From positions 293,485 to 357,484 of the forward strand of contig MU053352.1 of assembly GCA_013239625.1 (NCBI GenBank): a DNA stretch of 64,000 bases. The letters are read 5' to 3'. This DNA is from Lama guanicoe (taxonomy: Eukaryota). The notes beneath the pieces are model-generated. The model was not told the DNA's origin, did not search any database, and worked only from the letters and a program-made list of their open reading frames with translations. Positions 1-14,331 of the stretch are shown piece by piece. Each line of letters begins with the position of its first letter. Within the stretch, counting starts at the first letter, position 1. Both the position numbers and the translations under genes were made by a program.

Positions 1-135
1 GCCTAACTGTGGATGACCCAGTGTGTCCCACCCGATAGACCACGGGACTCTTGACCCTGGATCCCAGATGCTCGGATCCCTGAGGGAAGTCATGCTACTA
101 GCACACAGACACAGAGCCGGGCCCAGCAGCATTAC

Positions 136-270
136 CGTTGTCTATCATCCGCTGCTTGGTCAGGATCATGAGCAGGCGGTCCACTTCGAACACACCCACC
201 CCGGGCGTGATCACCACCGACATCTGCCCAGTTCGATCAAAGTTGCGGTTGATGTAGTGCTTGTCAAACA
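136..270 (-). CDS. DEPDC5: DEPDC5 exon 15 (135 nt): (V)[44 protein letters not shown](G)
   Basis: Acceptor tttcaag, donor G|gtaatg; peptide visible in ORF 98..532. Confidence 0.96.
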
Positions 271-596
271 CTTGAAACAAAGCAGAAGATCCTCCCGTGA
301 AGACGTTACAGCTTTTCAGAAACCAACCAGTGGCAAGCATCTCCGGGCTCCTGGACATTTTGTCCATGTTTCTATCAGCACGACTGTCACATCTGACCTG
401 AGTGCATGTCTGTCCTTCCCCCTCTACTCTCACAGCTGCCTGAACCCAGGACCACGTCCCTGTCGCCCCTGCCGGTCCCCCTCTTCGATGCCTAACACGT
501 GCCCCGTGCAGCCTTAAATGCGCAAATTTCATATCATTAGCTTAAACCATCCATAAATGGGTCTGTATTGAAACGTAGAAGAATCAAACATAAATT

Positions 597-722
597 TAAT
601 TTTTTTTGTGTGTAGGGGGAGGTCATTAGGTCTACTTATTTATTTATTAGTTTTTTTTTTTAATGGAGGTACTGGGGATTGAATCCAGGACCTCGTGTGT
701 GCTAAGCACACAATCCCCACAC
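597..722 (-). mobile_element. tRNA-Ala-derived SINE (camelid Vic-1-like), 5'-truncated
   Basis: Reverse complement contains tgcttagcacacacgaggtcctggattcaatccccagtacctcc plus A-rich tail; flanking repeat ACATAAATT at 588-596 and 723-731. Confidence 0.85.
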
Positions 723-849
723 ACATAAATTGAAGACAGTATGTAAGACAGTGGACCAGAATCTTGTGATGTTTTGTAAATCTGGCACATTAATTCTTAT
801 TTCTGGCCTGTGCAATTCATATTATGAAAATCAGTGCTATTCAAATATG

Positions 850-1210
850 ACAATCAGTTTACTAATAAAAGACCCCGTGCTCGAGAACCCCCAGCACCCG
901 GGTATAGACACAGGGACAAGTGACACACACTGTGAAGCAATGACACATCATCTCTTCCGTCAGTGGCCAGTGACAGAGACAACCTCCCAGGGCTGGCACA
1001 TGGCAGCCTGAACGGTGAGCAGAGCCTGGGGTGCTGGGAGCCGAACTCGGCTCTGAGAAATCCCGCTGCTGTGGTTCCCAGAGCCACCCCCATCCCCACC
1101 TCCTCCAGCAAGAGTTTAAGCCTCTCTTGGCTGCCCCACAAGCCCCTGTATCCTTAGAGTAAATTTCCCTTTTTGTTTGAATTAAGTAGGTTTCTGTTAT
1201 TTGCAAAAAA
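850..1210 (+). mobile_element. Probable MLT1-type (ERVL-MaLR) solo LTR remnant
   Basis: Ends in taaatttcccttttt...gtttctgttatttgcaaaa, typical of MLT1 3' ends; boundaries approximate. Confidence 0.45.
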
Positions 1211-1727
1211 GAGAAACATAAAAATGTAGCTAATATAAAAATGCAGGGACAGACATTTAGAAGAAATCACACCACACTGTTCCCAGTGCCCCCTCCTAGA
1301 AGGGGACAGACAGCGGAAGGAGGGGAGAAATTTTCAGATTTACTTGATATACCTCTCTATTATTTGAATTCTAGGAACATGGGTTCCTGTCGTAATTTTT
1401 TAAAAAATAGGTTAAAAAAATTACCTAGAAGCCGTTGAGAGCTTGGATGGCGTGGAAAATAAGAACACAGCTTTTAGGAAAACAAAGAGCCCGAGGAAGT
1501 CTCCCTGCAGCTCTTTACTCCGGGACCACCGTGAGACGCAGAGGAGAACGCGTTAATTCCCGACAGGAGACCAAAGAGTAAATAAATGGTGGCCATTGAA
1601 ACCATCCAATCAGAAGTCACTGCTTTCAGTTAATTTGGGGGTGGGGGGGCATCACCAGATAGGTCCGGGTCTTTGGACTTTAGTAAAAGCAAGTTCACAG
1701 CCTTGGGGTGAGCAAGGTGCCTGCTCA

Positions 1728-1856
<129 letters not shown>

Positions 1857-1877
1857 TCATGAAAAATAGATTCTTCA

Positions 1878-2231
<354 letters not shown>

Positions 2232-2754
2232 TCAAGCAGCTATTAAGCACAGGACATGAGGTCCTGTGCAGGGGTTTCAAGGAAAGGAGAAGGGGTGCCC
2301 AGAGCTGTGGCGATTTATCATACAACAGTATGTAAGAAAGTCAGATGCATTCGATGAGCATTAGCAAAGAAATCTAATCACACCAAGAGTCACAGAGATG
2401 GAAAATTAAAAATATGAAAATATTTCAAAATTGCCTTCAGATTATATTAATGCTCAGCGTTGAACAGGAAGATGAACATTCTTTCAGACTGAATTACAAT
2501 TAGGTGGCATACAAGAAAAGCCTTAGAAGTAAATACTCATATATATGGTTTACATAGATGGCCAATAACCACATCTAGGTCAGGGAACTAAACCAGTGGA
2601 AAGTGATTGGGGGGAATCTGCTTACTGTATACTTTCTGAACCTTTAAACTTTTGAACCATGTGAATATACTCCAAAAAATTTAAATTGAAAAAGAAAAAT
2701 ATACATTTCCATTAGTTTAGCAATTTTAACACTAGGAATTTATCTTAGAGAAAC

Positions 2755-3690
2755 ACACAGAAACCAGAATAGCCAACACAACACTGAAGGACAAAAATAA
2801 AGTTGGAGGACTGACTCTATCCAACTGCAAGACTTACTACAAAGCCACAGGAATCAAGACAGTGTGATATCGTGAAAGAACAGACAAAAAGATCACTGGA
2901 ACAGAACAGGGGGCCCAGAAATTGACCTTCAGAAATACAGTCAACTGATCTTTGACAAATGAGCAAAGGTAATACAATGCAGCAAAGACAGTCTTTTCAA
3001 CAAATGATGCTGGAACAACTGGACACCCACATGCGAAAAGAAAGGCAGGGAGGGAGGAAGAAAGAAAAGATGTTTATTCACAACTGCCCAAACTTGAAAG
3101 CAACCAAGGTGTCCTTCAGCTGATGAATTGATAAATTGTGGTCCATCTAGGCAAAGGGACTATTATTAGGCACCAAAAAGAAGTGAACTACTGAGCCATG
3201 AAAACACATGAAGAAACCTTAAATGCATGTTACTAAGTGAAAGATGCCACTGTATGAATGATTCCAACCATATGACAATCTGGAAAAGGCAGAACTGTGG
3301 AGACTCTAAAAAGATCAGCAGTTGCCAGGGGATGGAGGTGGGGGAAGGAACAAACAGGTGGAGCACAGGAGAATTTTTAGGGCAATGGAAATACTCCGCA
3401 TGATACTGTGATGATGGAGACATGCCATTATACATTTGTCCAAACCCACAGAATAGACAGCACCAACGTGAACCCTAAGGTAAACCAGGGACTTTCAGTG
3501 TACAGTGTGTCACTGTAGGGTCATTAACTGCAACAAATGCACCACTCTGATGAGGAATGTTGATCCCTGGGCGGGGGACAGCAAGCATATGTTGGGGGGA
3601 GGGAGTATATGGGAAATCTCCATGCCTTTTTCTCAATTTTGCTGTGTAACTAAAACTGCTCTTTAAAAAAGTCTTAATCTTTTTTTTAAT
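2755..3690 (+). mobile_element. Old L1 (L1MC-like) ORF2 3' fragment plus 3' UTR, internally deleted
   Basis: aagttggaggactgactct...gacttactacaaagc...aatcaagacagtgtg, ttttcaacaaatgatgctggaacaactggaca, and L1MC-type 3' UTR acatttgtccaaacccacagaa. Confidence 0.85.
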
Positions 3691-3930
3691 GGAAAGAAAG
3701 CAGAAAAGCACTCAGAGATGCATCACTGTGTATCTGTCTAGTTAGCAAAGTAATTTGTAGAGAATTTTTTAAATTAGAAAAAATTGCCAATGCTAACCTC
3801 GCAGTTTTGACAAATGCACTCAGTTAGGAACTGTTAACAGAGAAAACTGGGTGAAAAGTATATGGCAACCCTTTGTATTATTTTTGCAATTACTCTGTAA
3901 ACCTAAAATTATTCCAAACTAAAAAGATTA

Positions 3931-4122
<192 letters not shown>

Positions 4123-4401
4123 TCAGTTTCTCTGCTCCCCCTTCTGAGTCAAGGATTTGCATCACACGCAGAAACACACACACACACAGAGACAATTTTA
4201 TGTCTATTAAGTTGGCTTTAAGCTGAATTGTGGCCCACAGACTTCCTGTATCTGCTAATGAACAGTGTCATTTTCCACGTTACCCCGTCCCCACAACAGA
4301 CAAGGTGGGAAAGATGGAGCAATGCCAAAAGGAAGAGAATGACAGGGAAGGAGTGAGGATGGGCATGTGAAAAGCTTCACAAAAAAAAAAAACTTACTCA
4401 C

Positions 4402-4471
4402 CAAGAGATTTTGCATCGTAGAAAGTCCTAGAGAAAAGGACCACTGTCACTTCATGACTACAGTTCTTCTC
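4402..4471 (-). CDS. DEPDC5: DEPDC5 exon 11 (70 nt): [23 protein letters not shown]
   Basis: gcccag acceptor, G|gtgagt donor. Confidence 0.96.
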
Positions 4472-5034
4472 CTGGGCATGAGCAGAGAAAAAGAGGGCTC
4501 AAGTCTATGCCACTCACCACGCTGTGAGGCAGACTGCATGAACGTACACTCTCCGTTCCAGGAGGCTCGGAGGCAGCGCACGGCACGGGATGGCGCCACA
4601 TTCCTGTGGCTGCGTGGCGCAGTGGACAGAGGACCGCGGTGTCAGGCGGCCCAGACTGACTCCTGGCTCTGAAACTTACCACCACATGACCTTAAGCAAG
4701 TTTCCTAAAGTCCCAGGAATGTGGAAAGTGTTTTAAAAACTGCAAGTCACCCTTAAGTTTGGGTCACTGTCTCCCAGCTCCTGAGAGGGCGTGAAACAGA
4801 TAGATTTGCCCATTGTCAAAGGATCGTGGTATTTGTACCTGCTTCCCAGTGTTCTCTAATTTCTTCAGAACTGTAGGTTAGGGAAGAACAGAACCCATGG
4901 TGGTGGGTGTAAGAATCAAAGACACGCCCACGTACGACCAGGGCCACAGGATGAGAATTACCACTCAAGTTGAAACCAAGATAAGGAATCGCCTTTGGAC
5001 TGGGATGGGGAATAGTGAGAAAACATTTCTATGA

Positions 5035-5265
5035 ATCAGGAGATCAAGATTTGCAGATACTGACTATCATACATAAAATACATAAACAAGTTTCTACTGT
5101 AGAGCACAGGGAACTACATTCAATATTTTTTAGTAACCTATAATGAAAAAGAATATGAAAAGGAATCTATGTATGTGTACGTATGACTGAAACATAATGC
5201 TGTATGCCAGAAATTAACATAACGTTGTAAACTGACTAGACGTTAATTAAAAAAAATTTTTTTTT
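5035..5265 (+). mobile_element. Young 5'-truncated L1 3' end with A-tail
   Basis: tactgtagagcacagggaactacattcaata...gtaaactgactagacgttaattaaaaaa; flanking repeat CATTTCTATG at 5024-5033 and 5271-5280. Confidence 0.85.
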
Positions 5266-7170
5266 AAACCCATTTCTATGGAGTCTGGAAATCAGTGTCC
5301 TAGAAGTAAGGTGTTGACAGATGGCATGAAATTTGCCAGTGAGCCAGCAAGCTCAGTTTCAGTTCCTCCTGGGTCTTTGAAGACAGCAAGCAGCCTACAC
5401 TGACCAACCCCACATCTAATCCAACTGCGCGAATTGAGCACCCACCATACAAGGAATATAACACGATGCGCATTACACGCCACTTCATACTCTTGCACGG
5501 ATGTATCTCAGGTGGACAGAGATTCCTAAATAGGAGCCACAGGACCAAGAGCAACCAACTAGCGACCAGCTAATTTACTGGACGTCTAGGCACTCCAAAC
5601 TCAGCTCCAAACTCATCCGATTTCGGTATAAGTTTCATACAAAAAAAAAAGCCTGACAGTAGGCTGGTGTGGGGCCGTGAGACCCTTGATTCACGTGTGA
5701 TAACATACAATAGTGGTGACATGGCTGGAGATTACAGACAGGACAGCACGGGGGCTGTGCTATCAGGCTGGCACTGGATGAGTGGATGGAACTGGATTAG
5801 AATCCTGCTTTCGCAAGCTTCTGATCGTGGCAAGTTATCTAACTTGTCTCAGCTGTACTTTCCCCATCTGTGTAAAAGTGACAAGAGGATTAAGTGAGAG
5901 AATATGGGTAAAACACATAACCACCATACCTGGGATCAAAATACTCAATAAATGTCAGCTGGGACTCCTCCTAATACCCCTACGCCACTATATTTGGGCT
6001 CAGAAATGAATTCATAAACTCCCGTGTTCGGCCCTGCTGTCCACAGGGTTAGCTTTAAGCTATTCAATAGGTGTATGAAGGGTAAATAACGTCCACCAAA
6101 CTGTTCTAAATCAACACCAGTTACATAAAGTTATTTTAATTCAGTTTCAAGCTCTTGCTTAAAGATCTTGATTGTAACAAAATAAACAAAACTCAATAGC
6201 AAAATCCTGTACACTAACATGGGTCTCTGCCAACCCCCATCTCTACAACTGATGCTATAAATGCTCACAGAATCTGGGGTTAGGTGACAGCTAAAGGACA
6301 ACTGAGCCGGACCTGATATGGAGGTTTTCACAGACCCAATGTGGGAACAGCCATCACAGAGCCCAAGGTGGCCGTTACTCAGCCCACCCCCAAGTCCTGG
6401 CTCCCTGCAGTCCCCACTGTCTACCTCTTCCTTCAGACCCCAGCCTCAGGCAGACACAAAGGCCGAGGCACCCCTGAGCTAGGTGACTGCAGAAGCTTCC
6501 TGGCCGGCCTGCTTCCTGTCTGTCCCTGCACCAAACCGCTCCAGGCCCCTGGACTCCTCTTCCTCAAATTCTCCCCAGGTTTGATCACACTGACCCCCTG
6601 CTTGAGAATCTCTCCTGGCTCCCACTTCTCATCCAATCAAGCCCACACCGCTCGGCTTGACCTGACCCTTCCTTCTAATCCAATCCCATTACCTGACCAC
6701 TCCCCACACAAAGCCCCCGAGGAGCCACAGAAGACTTCACCCCAATCTCATGTCTTGGCTCACCCGCTTCTCTCCACCTGAGACACTCTCCCATCTTCCT
6801 TCCCCACCACCCACACCCTCCTCAGCCGTGCAAGTCCAAGCTCAGAAGCAAACAGAATTCCAGCCCTTCACAAGGATGGTTGGTTTGCCAATGTTTCAAA
6901 CACGCAGCCCTGAGCTCCCAGCAGGCCTACAGATTCTCTGAGAGCCAGTGTCACATTTCTGCTTCTCTGACCTTCAGAGCTGGGGAAGGACAATGGAAAT
7001 TAGCCTCCATCAAGGCCTAGATCCTGTTGAGATCTGACTATGCACAGGTACTTTCAAATTCCTCTTGAGGCGGGAACTATAACCATCTCTGTTTGCAGAC
7101 AGAGAAACAGAGGCTCAGAGAGACTGAATACTTCTCCAAGATAGAAAAGCTAATTGAGTAGAACCCTACT

Positions 7171-7319
7171 TTTTTCTTTTCTTTTTTTTTTTTTTAGCGC
7201 GCGGGGGGGGTCATTAGGTTTATTTATTTATTAATTTTTAACGGAGGTGCTGGGGATTGGACCCAGGACCTCGTGCATGCTAAGCATACGCTCTACCACT
7301 TGAGCTATACCCTTTCCCC
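7171..7319 (-). mobile_element. tRNA-Ala-derived SINE, full length
   Basis: Reverse complement ggggaaagggtatagctcaagtggtagagcgtatgcttagcatgcacgaggtcctggg (A/B boxes) plus tail. Confidence 0.9.
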
Positions 7320-7324
7320 TGAAT

Positions 7325-8595
7325 ACTAGACTCCCATCAGAAAGATAATTTGCAAACATTTCTTCCCATTCTGTGGGTTCTTTTCATTTTCTTGATAGCG
7401 TCCTTTGATGCAGAAAAGTTTTTAATTTTGAAGAAATTCAAACTACATACTTTTCCTTGGGATGCTTGTGCTTCTGGTGTAACAGGTGAGACGCCACTGC
7501 CAAATCCAAGGTCATAAAAATTTCCCTTATGTTTTCTTTTAAGAGTTATATCCGTTTAGCTCTTGTATTCAGGTCCCTGATTCATTTGGAGTTAAATTTC
7601 TGTATAGGATGCGAGTTAAGGGTCCAAATTCACTCTCTGACACATGGATAGTCACTTGTCTCAGAAGCATTTGCTGAAGAGACTATCCCTTCCCTCATCG
7701 AATGGACTTGCTATTCTTGTGTAAAATCAACTGACCAGAGATGTATGGACTGACCTTTGGACTCTCAGTTCTATTCCATTGATCTGCATGGTGGTCTTTA
7801 CGTGGGTACCACACCGCTTTGACTACTCTTCGTTGTAGTTAAGTTTTGATGTTAGGAAGCCAGAGTCCTCCAACTTTTCTCTTTTTCAAAATTGTGTTGG
7901 CTATTCAGGATCCACTGTCATTCCACATGTATTTTAGAATCAACTTTTCCACTCTGGCAAAAAAACACCATTGGGATTTTGACATGGACCATACTCAAAT
8001 AGTTTGCTTTGCGCAGTATTGCCATTTTAACAATATTAAGTCTCTCGACCCATGAACATGGGTTGCTTGTCATTTATTTAGGGCTTTTTAATTTCTTTCA
8101 GTAATGTTTCATAGACTTTAGGGTACAAATCTTGCACCGCTTCAGGCAAATTATTCCCAAGTCCTTTATTCTCTTTGATGCTCTTGTAATTGCTTTTATA
8201 ATTTAATTCCCTTTTTAAAATTTAATACTTTATTTAATTTCCTGTTCAGATTGTTCATTGTGGATGAAACACAATTGATTTTGTGTGTTGAACTTTGTAT
8301 CCTACAACTTTGCTGAATTTGTTTATTAGCTACAATAGTTTTTTGGTGGATTTTTTTGGATTTTCTGCATCTGTGACAGATAGCTTTCCTTCTCTGCCAA
8401 TAAGGATGACTTCTATTTCCTTTTCTTGCCTAGTTGCTCTGGCTAGAATTTTCAGCACAACACTGAATACAAGTGGTGAAAGCAAGCATCCTTAGCTTGT
8501 TCCTGATCTTAAAGGTGGAAGTTTTCAGTCCTTCACCATTAAATATGACGATAGCTGTGGCGTTTTCATAAATGCCCTTTATCATGTTGAGGTGA
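7325..8595 (-). mobile_element. Old L1 (L1M) ORF2 fragment
   Basis: Typical antisense L1 text: ttctattccattgatct, ttgtatcctacaactttgctgaatt, gttcctgatcttaaagg...ccattaaatatga. Confidence 0.9.
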
Positions 8596-8713
8596 CTAAG
8601 GTAATTGAAATCTAGAGTCTTATCAGTTTAGGCTTTAGCTAAGATACTTCAATTAAATGCAGCTTAATAGAAACTGAACACTTTAAAAATCTTCATTGAA
8701 TAATGTTTATTCA

Positions 8714-8839
<126 letters not shown>

Positions 8840-9683
8840 TTACAATTTCTTCTCTCAATAAAGTAACAGGAATCGGACCAGTCAAAGAGAAAGTGGGTTC
8901 TGCTATACCCTAAAACACAATCATAAAAGTGGTTTAAGCCTAGACTTTCTATACAGCCAAATTTAATATTTACCTCACTCAGTAAGCAGTCATGGCTTCA
9001 AGATAAAATGCAAGATTGAAAAAGCTTTGATGATTGAAAACTACAATATATCTTCAAAACGAGAGAAGCATCAAACTTCTAATTACTCTCAGAGTGATGC
9101 TTAAAGCTTGTCAAGAGATGATCTGGTGGACCTGGTGGACCCCAGGCATTCACTTAACTACATTTGCAGTTTCTGTTGTTCCTGAGATGCTATGATGACC
9201 CACAGTGAAAATTACTTTGTAATTTTCCCAAACACAAATTTGAATTGCATGCATCATGAGGCTGGTATGTCAGACATGGTATCCACACCTCACAGCAACT
9301 TTATCATTTTCTTACTGTGTAGTAACTTTAACAAAATGAGACAAACTTGGTGATTTCTATGAGTGCTAAAACAAGAAATGAAAGATACCAAAGAAAGTAC
9401 TGGTTCTTAGCTACAGAGTTACTTCTCTATGGCTTTTGATCCTATACTTACAGATTAGAGATCTGAGAATTCAGATTTTTCATTAATACTTAATTACATT
9501 TCACATAATTCACTATATGCACCATCTGTAAAATATTTACTTATTTTTATTTATTTATTTCAGCATTTGAGGGTTTGTAAAGATCTCAGGATATACCTTT
9601 AGAGACTGTCAAGAGCTTACTGTAAATGATACCAGCTTGGGGGAAATAAGTATCTCCTGATTAGCAGTGACAATCAGTACTTA

Positions 9684-9996
<313 letters not shown>

Positions 9997-10010
9997 AAAA
10001 AGCAATAATG

Positions 10011-10318
10011 CATAGAGTTTCAGTTCTACAAAATGAAAAGGTTCTGGAGATCAGTTTTATAATGACATAAACATACTTAACCCTACTGAACTGTGTACTT
10101 AAAAATGGTTACAGAGGGGAGGCTATAGCTCAAGCGGTAGAGTGCATGCTTAGCATGTGTGAGGTCCTGGGTTCAATCCCTAGTACCTCCTCTAAAATTA
10201 AACAAACCTAACTACCTCCCCCCACCAAAATAAAATAAATAATACAATAATAAATAAAATCTTTTTAAAATGGTTATAATGGTAAATTTTATGTTTTTAC
10301 CACCAAAAAAAAAAAAAA
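10011..10318 (+). mobile_element. Old L1M(B)-type 3' end interrupted by a SINE
   Basis: agagtttcagtt...gttctggagat...actgaactgtgtacttaaaaatggtta / atggtaaattttatg...ttaccac plus A-tail. Confidence 0.75.
10114..10262 (+). mobile_element. tRNA-Ala-derived SINE, full length
   Basis: ggggaggctatagctcaagcggtagagtgcatgcttagcatgtgtgaggtcctgggttcaatccc; TSD AAAATGGTTA at 10102-10111 and 10267-10276. Confidence 0.92.
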
Positions 10319-10809
10319 CAGCACTGCTGGAAGATTTCTCTTAATTGCATTAGGAGCAAAGCAAGCTTCATCCCTGGCACCGCTGGCCACAAGGGGAAGA
10401 GCCTGTCCGACCCTCTAGGAATCTATGCAAGGGCAGACAGGTGCTTTCACCAGCGTGGGTAACATTCACAGCTGTTTGGATTTTCCCAACTGGAACAGAC
10501 AGTCACAGGAGGAGATTCCTTGGCAAAGATCTCTCTTCATGTTAACCAACACTATCTTCTCCCGACTTTTAACTTCTGCTGGGTATTAGTGGGCATAAAG
10601 CCTGCAAGCTAGACGTGCCATCTCCATGTCTGATATTAAATAGAAGCAAATGAAGATTAGCCCCAAAGTGGAGAGAGGCAACTCTAAAACACTGGAATTT
10701 CAGGAGTCCCTGACTACATTACAGTACTGTCCTGCTGGGCAGATAGTAGCTTGATCATGAGACCAAGTTTTTGCTTGGTCCTCTGTTTTGCTTTTGGTTT
10801 AACAACTTA

Positions 10810-10950
<141 letters not shown>

Positions 10951-11105
10951 TTATTACAGGTCCTACTTAAACCAAAAAGTGTGTCTCACTCTACTCACTC
11001 TACTCTATTATTTACGCCCAGATCACCTGGCCAGTTCGAGATTTCCAGAGTGCCATGAACAGATGCCACAAGATAAAGAATTCTCAGTGTACTGGATCTG
11101 TGCAA

Positions 11106-11270
11106 CCAGAGCTCTTCATCTGGGGGTCCATACAAAACCTGTGGGTCTAAGGATGGGCTTTGGGGAACCCATGAACCCTCTGAAATGATGCAAACTTTTC
11201 TGAGCACAGAAATGTACCTTTTGTCAAATCTCAAAAGGGTCCCTGTCCCAGAAACAGCTCAGAAGCACTG
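11106..11270. mobile_element. Probable non-autonomous hAT-Charlie (MER) remnant
   Basis: cagagctcttcatctgggggtccat...catgaaccctctgaaat...aaagggtccctgtccca...agaagcactg resembles hAT MER termini. Confidence 0.45.
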
Positions 11271-11499
11271 ATGAACCCATTGCTTAACCCAACTCCGAGA
11301 CAATAAGCTGCAACAGAAACAAAATCCATCTCAGTACCAGATTAGAAGGCAAGCAGTCAGGAGGCAGGAAGGGACTATTCAAAGGAGGGCCATTCTGCTG
11401 AAAAATCTTCATGTCAGCTTGGTATTGCATTGTGAGGGCTTGATTTTTTTCCCCCTCTGCATCTTTTTAAGGGCATGAAGTGGATACAACAGTTCAAAG

Positions 11500-11730
11500 A
11501 GCATGGCCTTCGGAGCTGACCAGCCTGGAGTGGAACCAGTCTAGGCAGGAATTTCAATTCTGAACATCACTCATTAGCTGAATGGTCATGGGGGAATAAC
11601 TCTGCCAGACTCAGGGTCCTCATGTAAAAAAATGAGATCATGATACCTACTTTACAGAGCTGTTGTGAGAATTAAATTAAACCAGATAATCTTCAGACAG
11701 TGCTGGGATAGGAGGCACTCAACCAACAGT
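11500..11730 (+). mobile_element. MIR SINE
   Basis: MIR core: ctcatgtaaaaaaatgagatcatgatacctactttacagagctgttgtgagaattaaatt. Confidence 0.7.
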
Positions 11731-12571
11731 ACTAGGGGCTCTCTGTATTAGAAGGAACAGATAAAGCGGTGACCGTGAGCACTGAGTGCTGTACCAGGGG
11801 CGGGGAAGTGGTAGCTGTTACCTGCACACCTGGTAACCATCCCTCAACCAACCACTCGACCTTCTCTTCTGCCAGTCGCAATGCAGCTGCCTGCCTGGCC
11901 CTAAGCAATCAGTCCTCATTTAAAAAAAAAAGAGGATAAGATAAAATAAAAGCTAGGAAAATGTGTACCATGAGTTGCAGCTCAGGCTACCCAGGAAACA
12001 GCAGACAGTCAGCTAGCCTCCCTGGGCCTCCCTCCCATCTGTAAAATGAAGATGGAAGGACCAAGCCCATGCTCTTCAAATACACTTCTCAGGGCCCCAG
12101 CTCTGCTTTCACCAAGAGGGGCGCTTCCTGGCATTCCTTCGCCCAGGTCCGTCTGTGAGTGGACAATGACAGCAAGCCTGACCTGGAAAGGGACCTCCTT
12201 TCCTTTAACATTATAAGGAAGGATCCGATGTTTCCATGATTTATGAGGAAGTACTCTGCACACAAGCTACTGATGCTACATTAACCAGACCTCTAAAACG
12301 AGCTCCTTCTTCAACTTCTACTAGGGTGTACAGACAAAGCAGTGTTAAAAAACTGGGGCTTAGAGTCCTGAGCCTCCACTCCCTATGGAGGTCAAGCCAT
12401 CACCTTCCTGAGCCTCAGTCAAAAAAAAAAAATTGGTAAATGTGGTTAATAAGAATCCTGCCCGATCCCTCTTCCAGAGCCCCTGGGAAGATCCAGTGAG
12501 ATTCTGTAAGGGAGAGGACTTGGTGAGCCGCCAGTTATCATCCTTCCTATGGAAATGGTTCTCTATGAAAT

Positions 12572-12596
12572 ACACACACACACACACACACACACA
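12572..12596. repeat. (CA)n microsatellite
   Basis: About 12 CA units seen directly. Confidence 0.95.
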
Positions 12597-13984
12597 AATG
12601 CAGTCTTGACCTTTGCTCTTCAGCCTGTAACTTGCCCTTATCCAAACAGGAACTGAGCATGGCCCCAAGAGAGGCCCCCTCTGTTTTCTACGGGCTCAAA
12701 GGAGAAAGAAATGCCACTGACAGATGCAACTGCAAAATCCACACCCCCCCAGAACACAACCCGAGACCAAGCCCTAGACCAGGATGAAGATGATGGGGGG
12801 AGTGGGTGGGCACTGGGCCTTCATTTACGGAGGGACTTCTTGGGCAGGTCACTTCCCTGTCAAATGAGCTGTTGAGGGTCAGGGACCTGCACTATCCTTT
12901 ACAACTAAATTTCATCATCCTGTGAATAAAAAGTTAAAATAAGTGCAAATTATGGTCACTGCAGTGTCATTTACATTAACCCACCTTTGAACAACCTAAG
13001 TGTCCAGCCATGGCAGACCAGTTAAGTACATGATGCTGAATCCAGACAACAGAATTTCATGGAACCATTAAAATAATGCTTACAAGGAGTTTTAACTTCA
13101 CCAGAAATGTATCTAGGCTTTTAAGCAGAAAAAAGGATACGAAATAGTATACACGGTATCATCATTTGAGTAAACATGCGTGTGTGCGTGTCCGTGTGAA
13201 AATAAAGTATTGGAAGGTTGCACGAAAACTTAACAGCAGTTATCTGTAGGTGGCTGGCTTTTACACTATTCTAAACTTTCTTCTTTATATGTGTTATCCA
13301 AATTTTCTAAAATAAATATATATTTTTCAAGTATAAAAACAGGTTTTGGAGGGTTTTTTTTTTAACAGTATATAAAATTAAACCTACTATATGGTTTCCA
13401 GCTAAAAGGGGAAAAAGTATAGAATATTTTAACAGAACTATGTTTACAGTGGTTGCTTCTGAGTAGTAATATGTCTTTTCCCTCTGCTTCTTTATTCTAT
13501 TGTTCAGACTGTCTCCCCTGAGCATGCATCATATGTAAAACACTTAGCATTTGCCTGATCCCTAGTATGTGCTGAACAAGGGGCATCTGATCATATTAAT
13601 TCTACAATCAGGGCAGATGTGTTAAGAGAATGGCCACCACATAACCAGAGCTCATCAGAGAAGATTCGAGAAGCTCCTTTGCAGTGAGGCGGATCGAGCA
13701 GGAAAACACCAAACTGCATGCTCCCATGAGCTTTAAGTGTGATTCTCAAACAGATCTATCTGCTCCCAGACAGCTGGGAAGGCAGAGCCAGAAATTACTC
13801 AGTATTGCTCCCTCTGGAGTGTGAGTCAGAAAAAAAACTTACGTTAAAAAAAAAAAAACCAAACTGAAAAAAAAAAAACCAACAAAAAATAAAACCAGTA
13901 GCTAGTTGGCAGTCCCCAAAACTGTACCTGGGAAAATGGGATCTCTTCACAATGATATTAAATAGAGTAGGTTTCTAAATTCAA

Positions 13985-14331
13985 TTTTTTTTAATATTTA
14001 TTTTTTACTGAAGTATAGTTTGTATATAATACTGTATTATATGTTACAAGTATATACTATAGTGATTCATAATTTTAAAAGGTTCTACTCCACTTATGGG
14101 TATTATAAAATATTGGCTGTATTCACAGCGTTGTACAGTATACCCTTGCAGCTGATTTTACACATTGTAGTTTGTACCTCTTAGCCCCCATGCCTATCTT
14201 TCCCTCTCTCCACTGGTAACCAACAGTTTGTATCTGAGTCTGCTTCTTTTTTGTTATAGTCAGTAGTTGGTTATGTTTTTTAGATTCCACATACAAGTGA
14301 TATCATACAGTCTTTGTCTTTCTCTGACTTA
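13985..14331 (-). mobile_element. L1 3' end (cetartiodactyl-type), 5'-truncated
   Basis: T-tail then actgaagtatagtt...tagattccacatacaagtgatatcatacag; degenerate TSD tctaa(a/g)ttcaa at both ends. Confidence 0.85.

Noticed and set aside
10114..10190. tRNA-Ala(AGC)-like gene (also at 7245-7319, 17675-17750, 19370-19443)
   Set aside because: Each copy has a SINE tail, most have TSDs, and stems are mismatched; these are SINE heads, not tRNA genes
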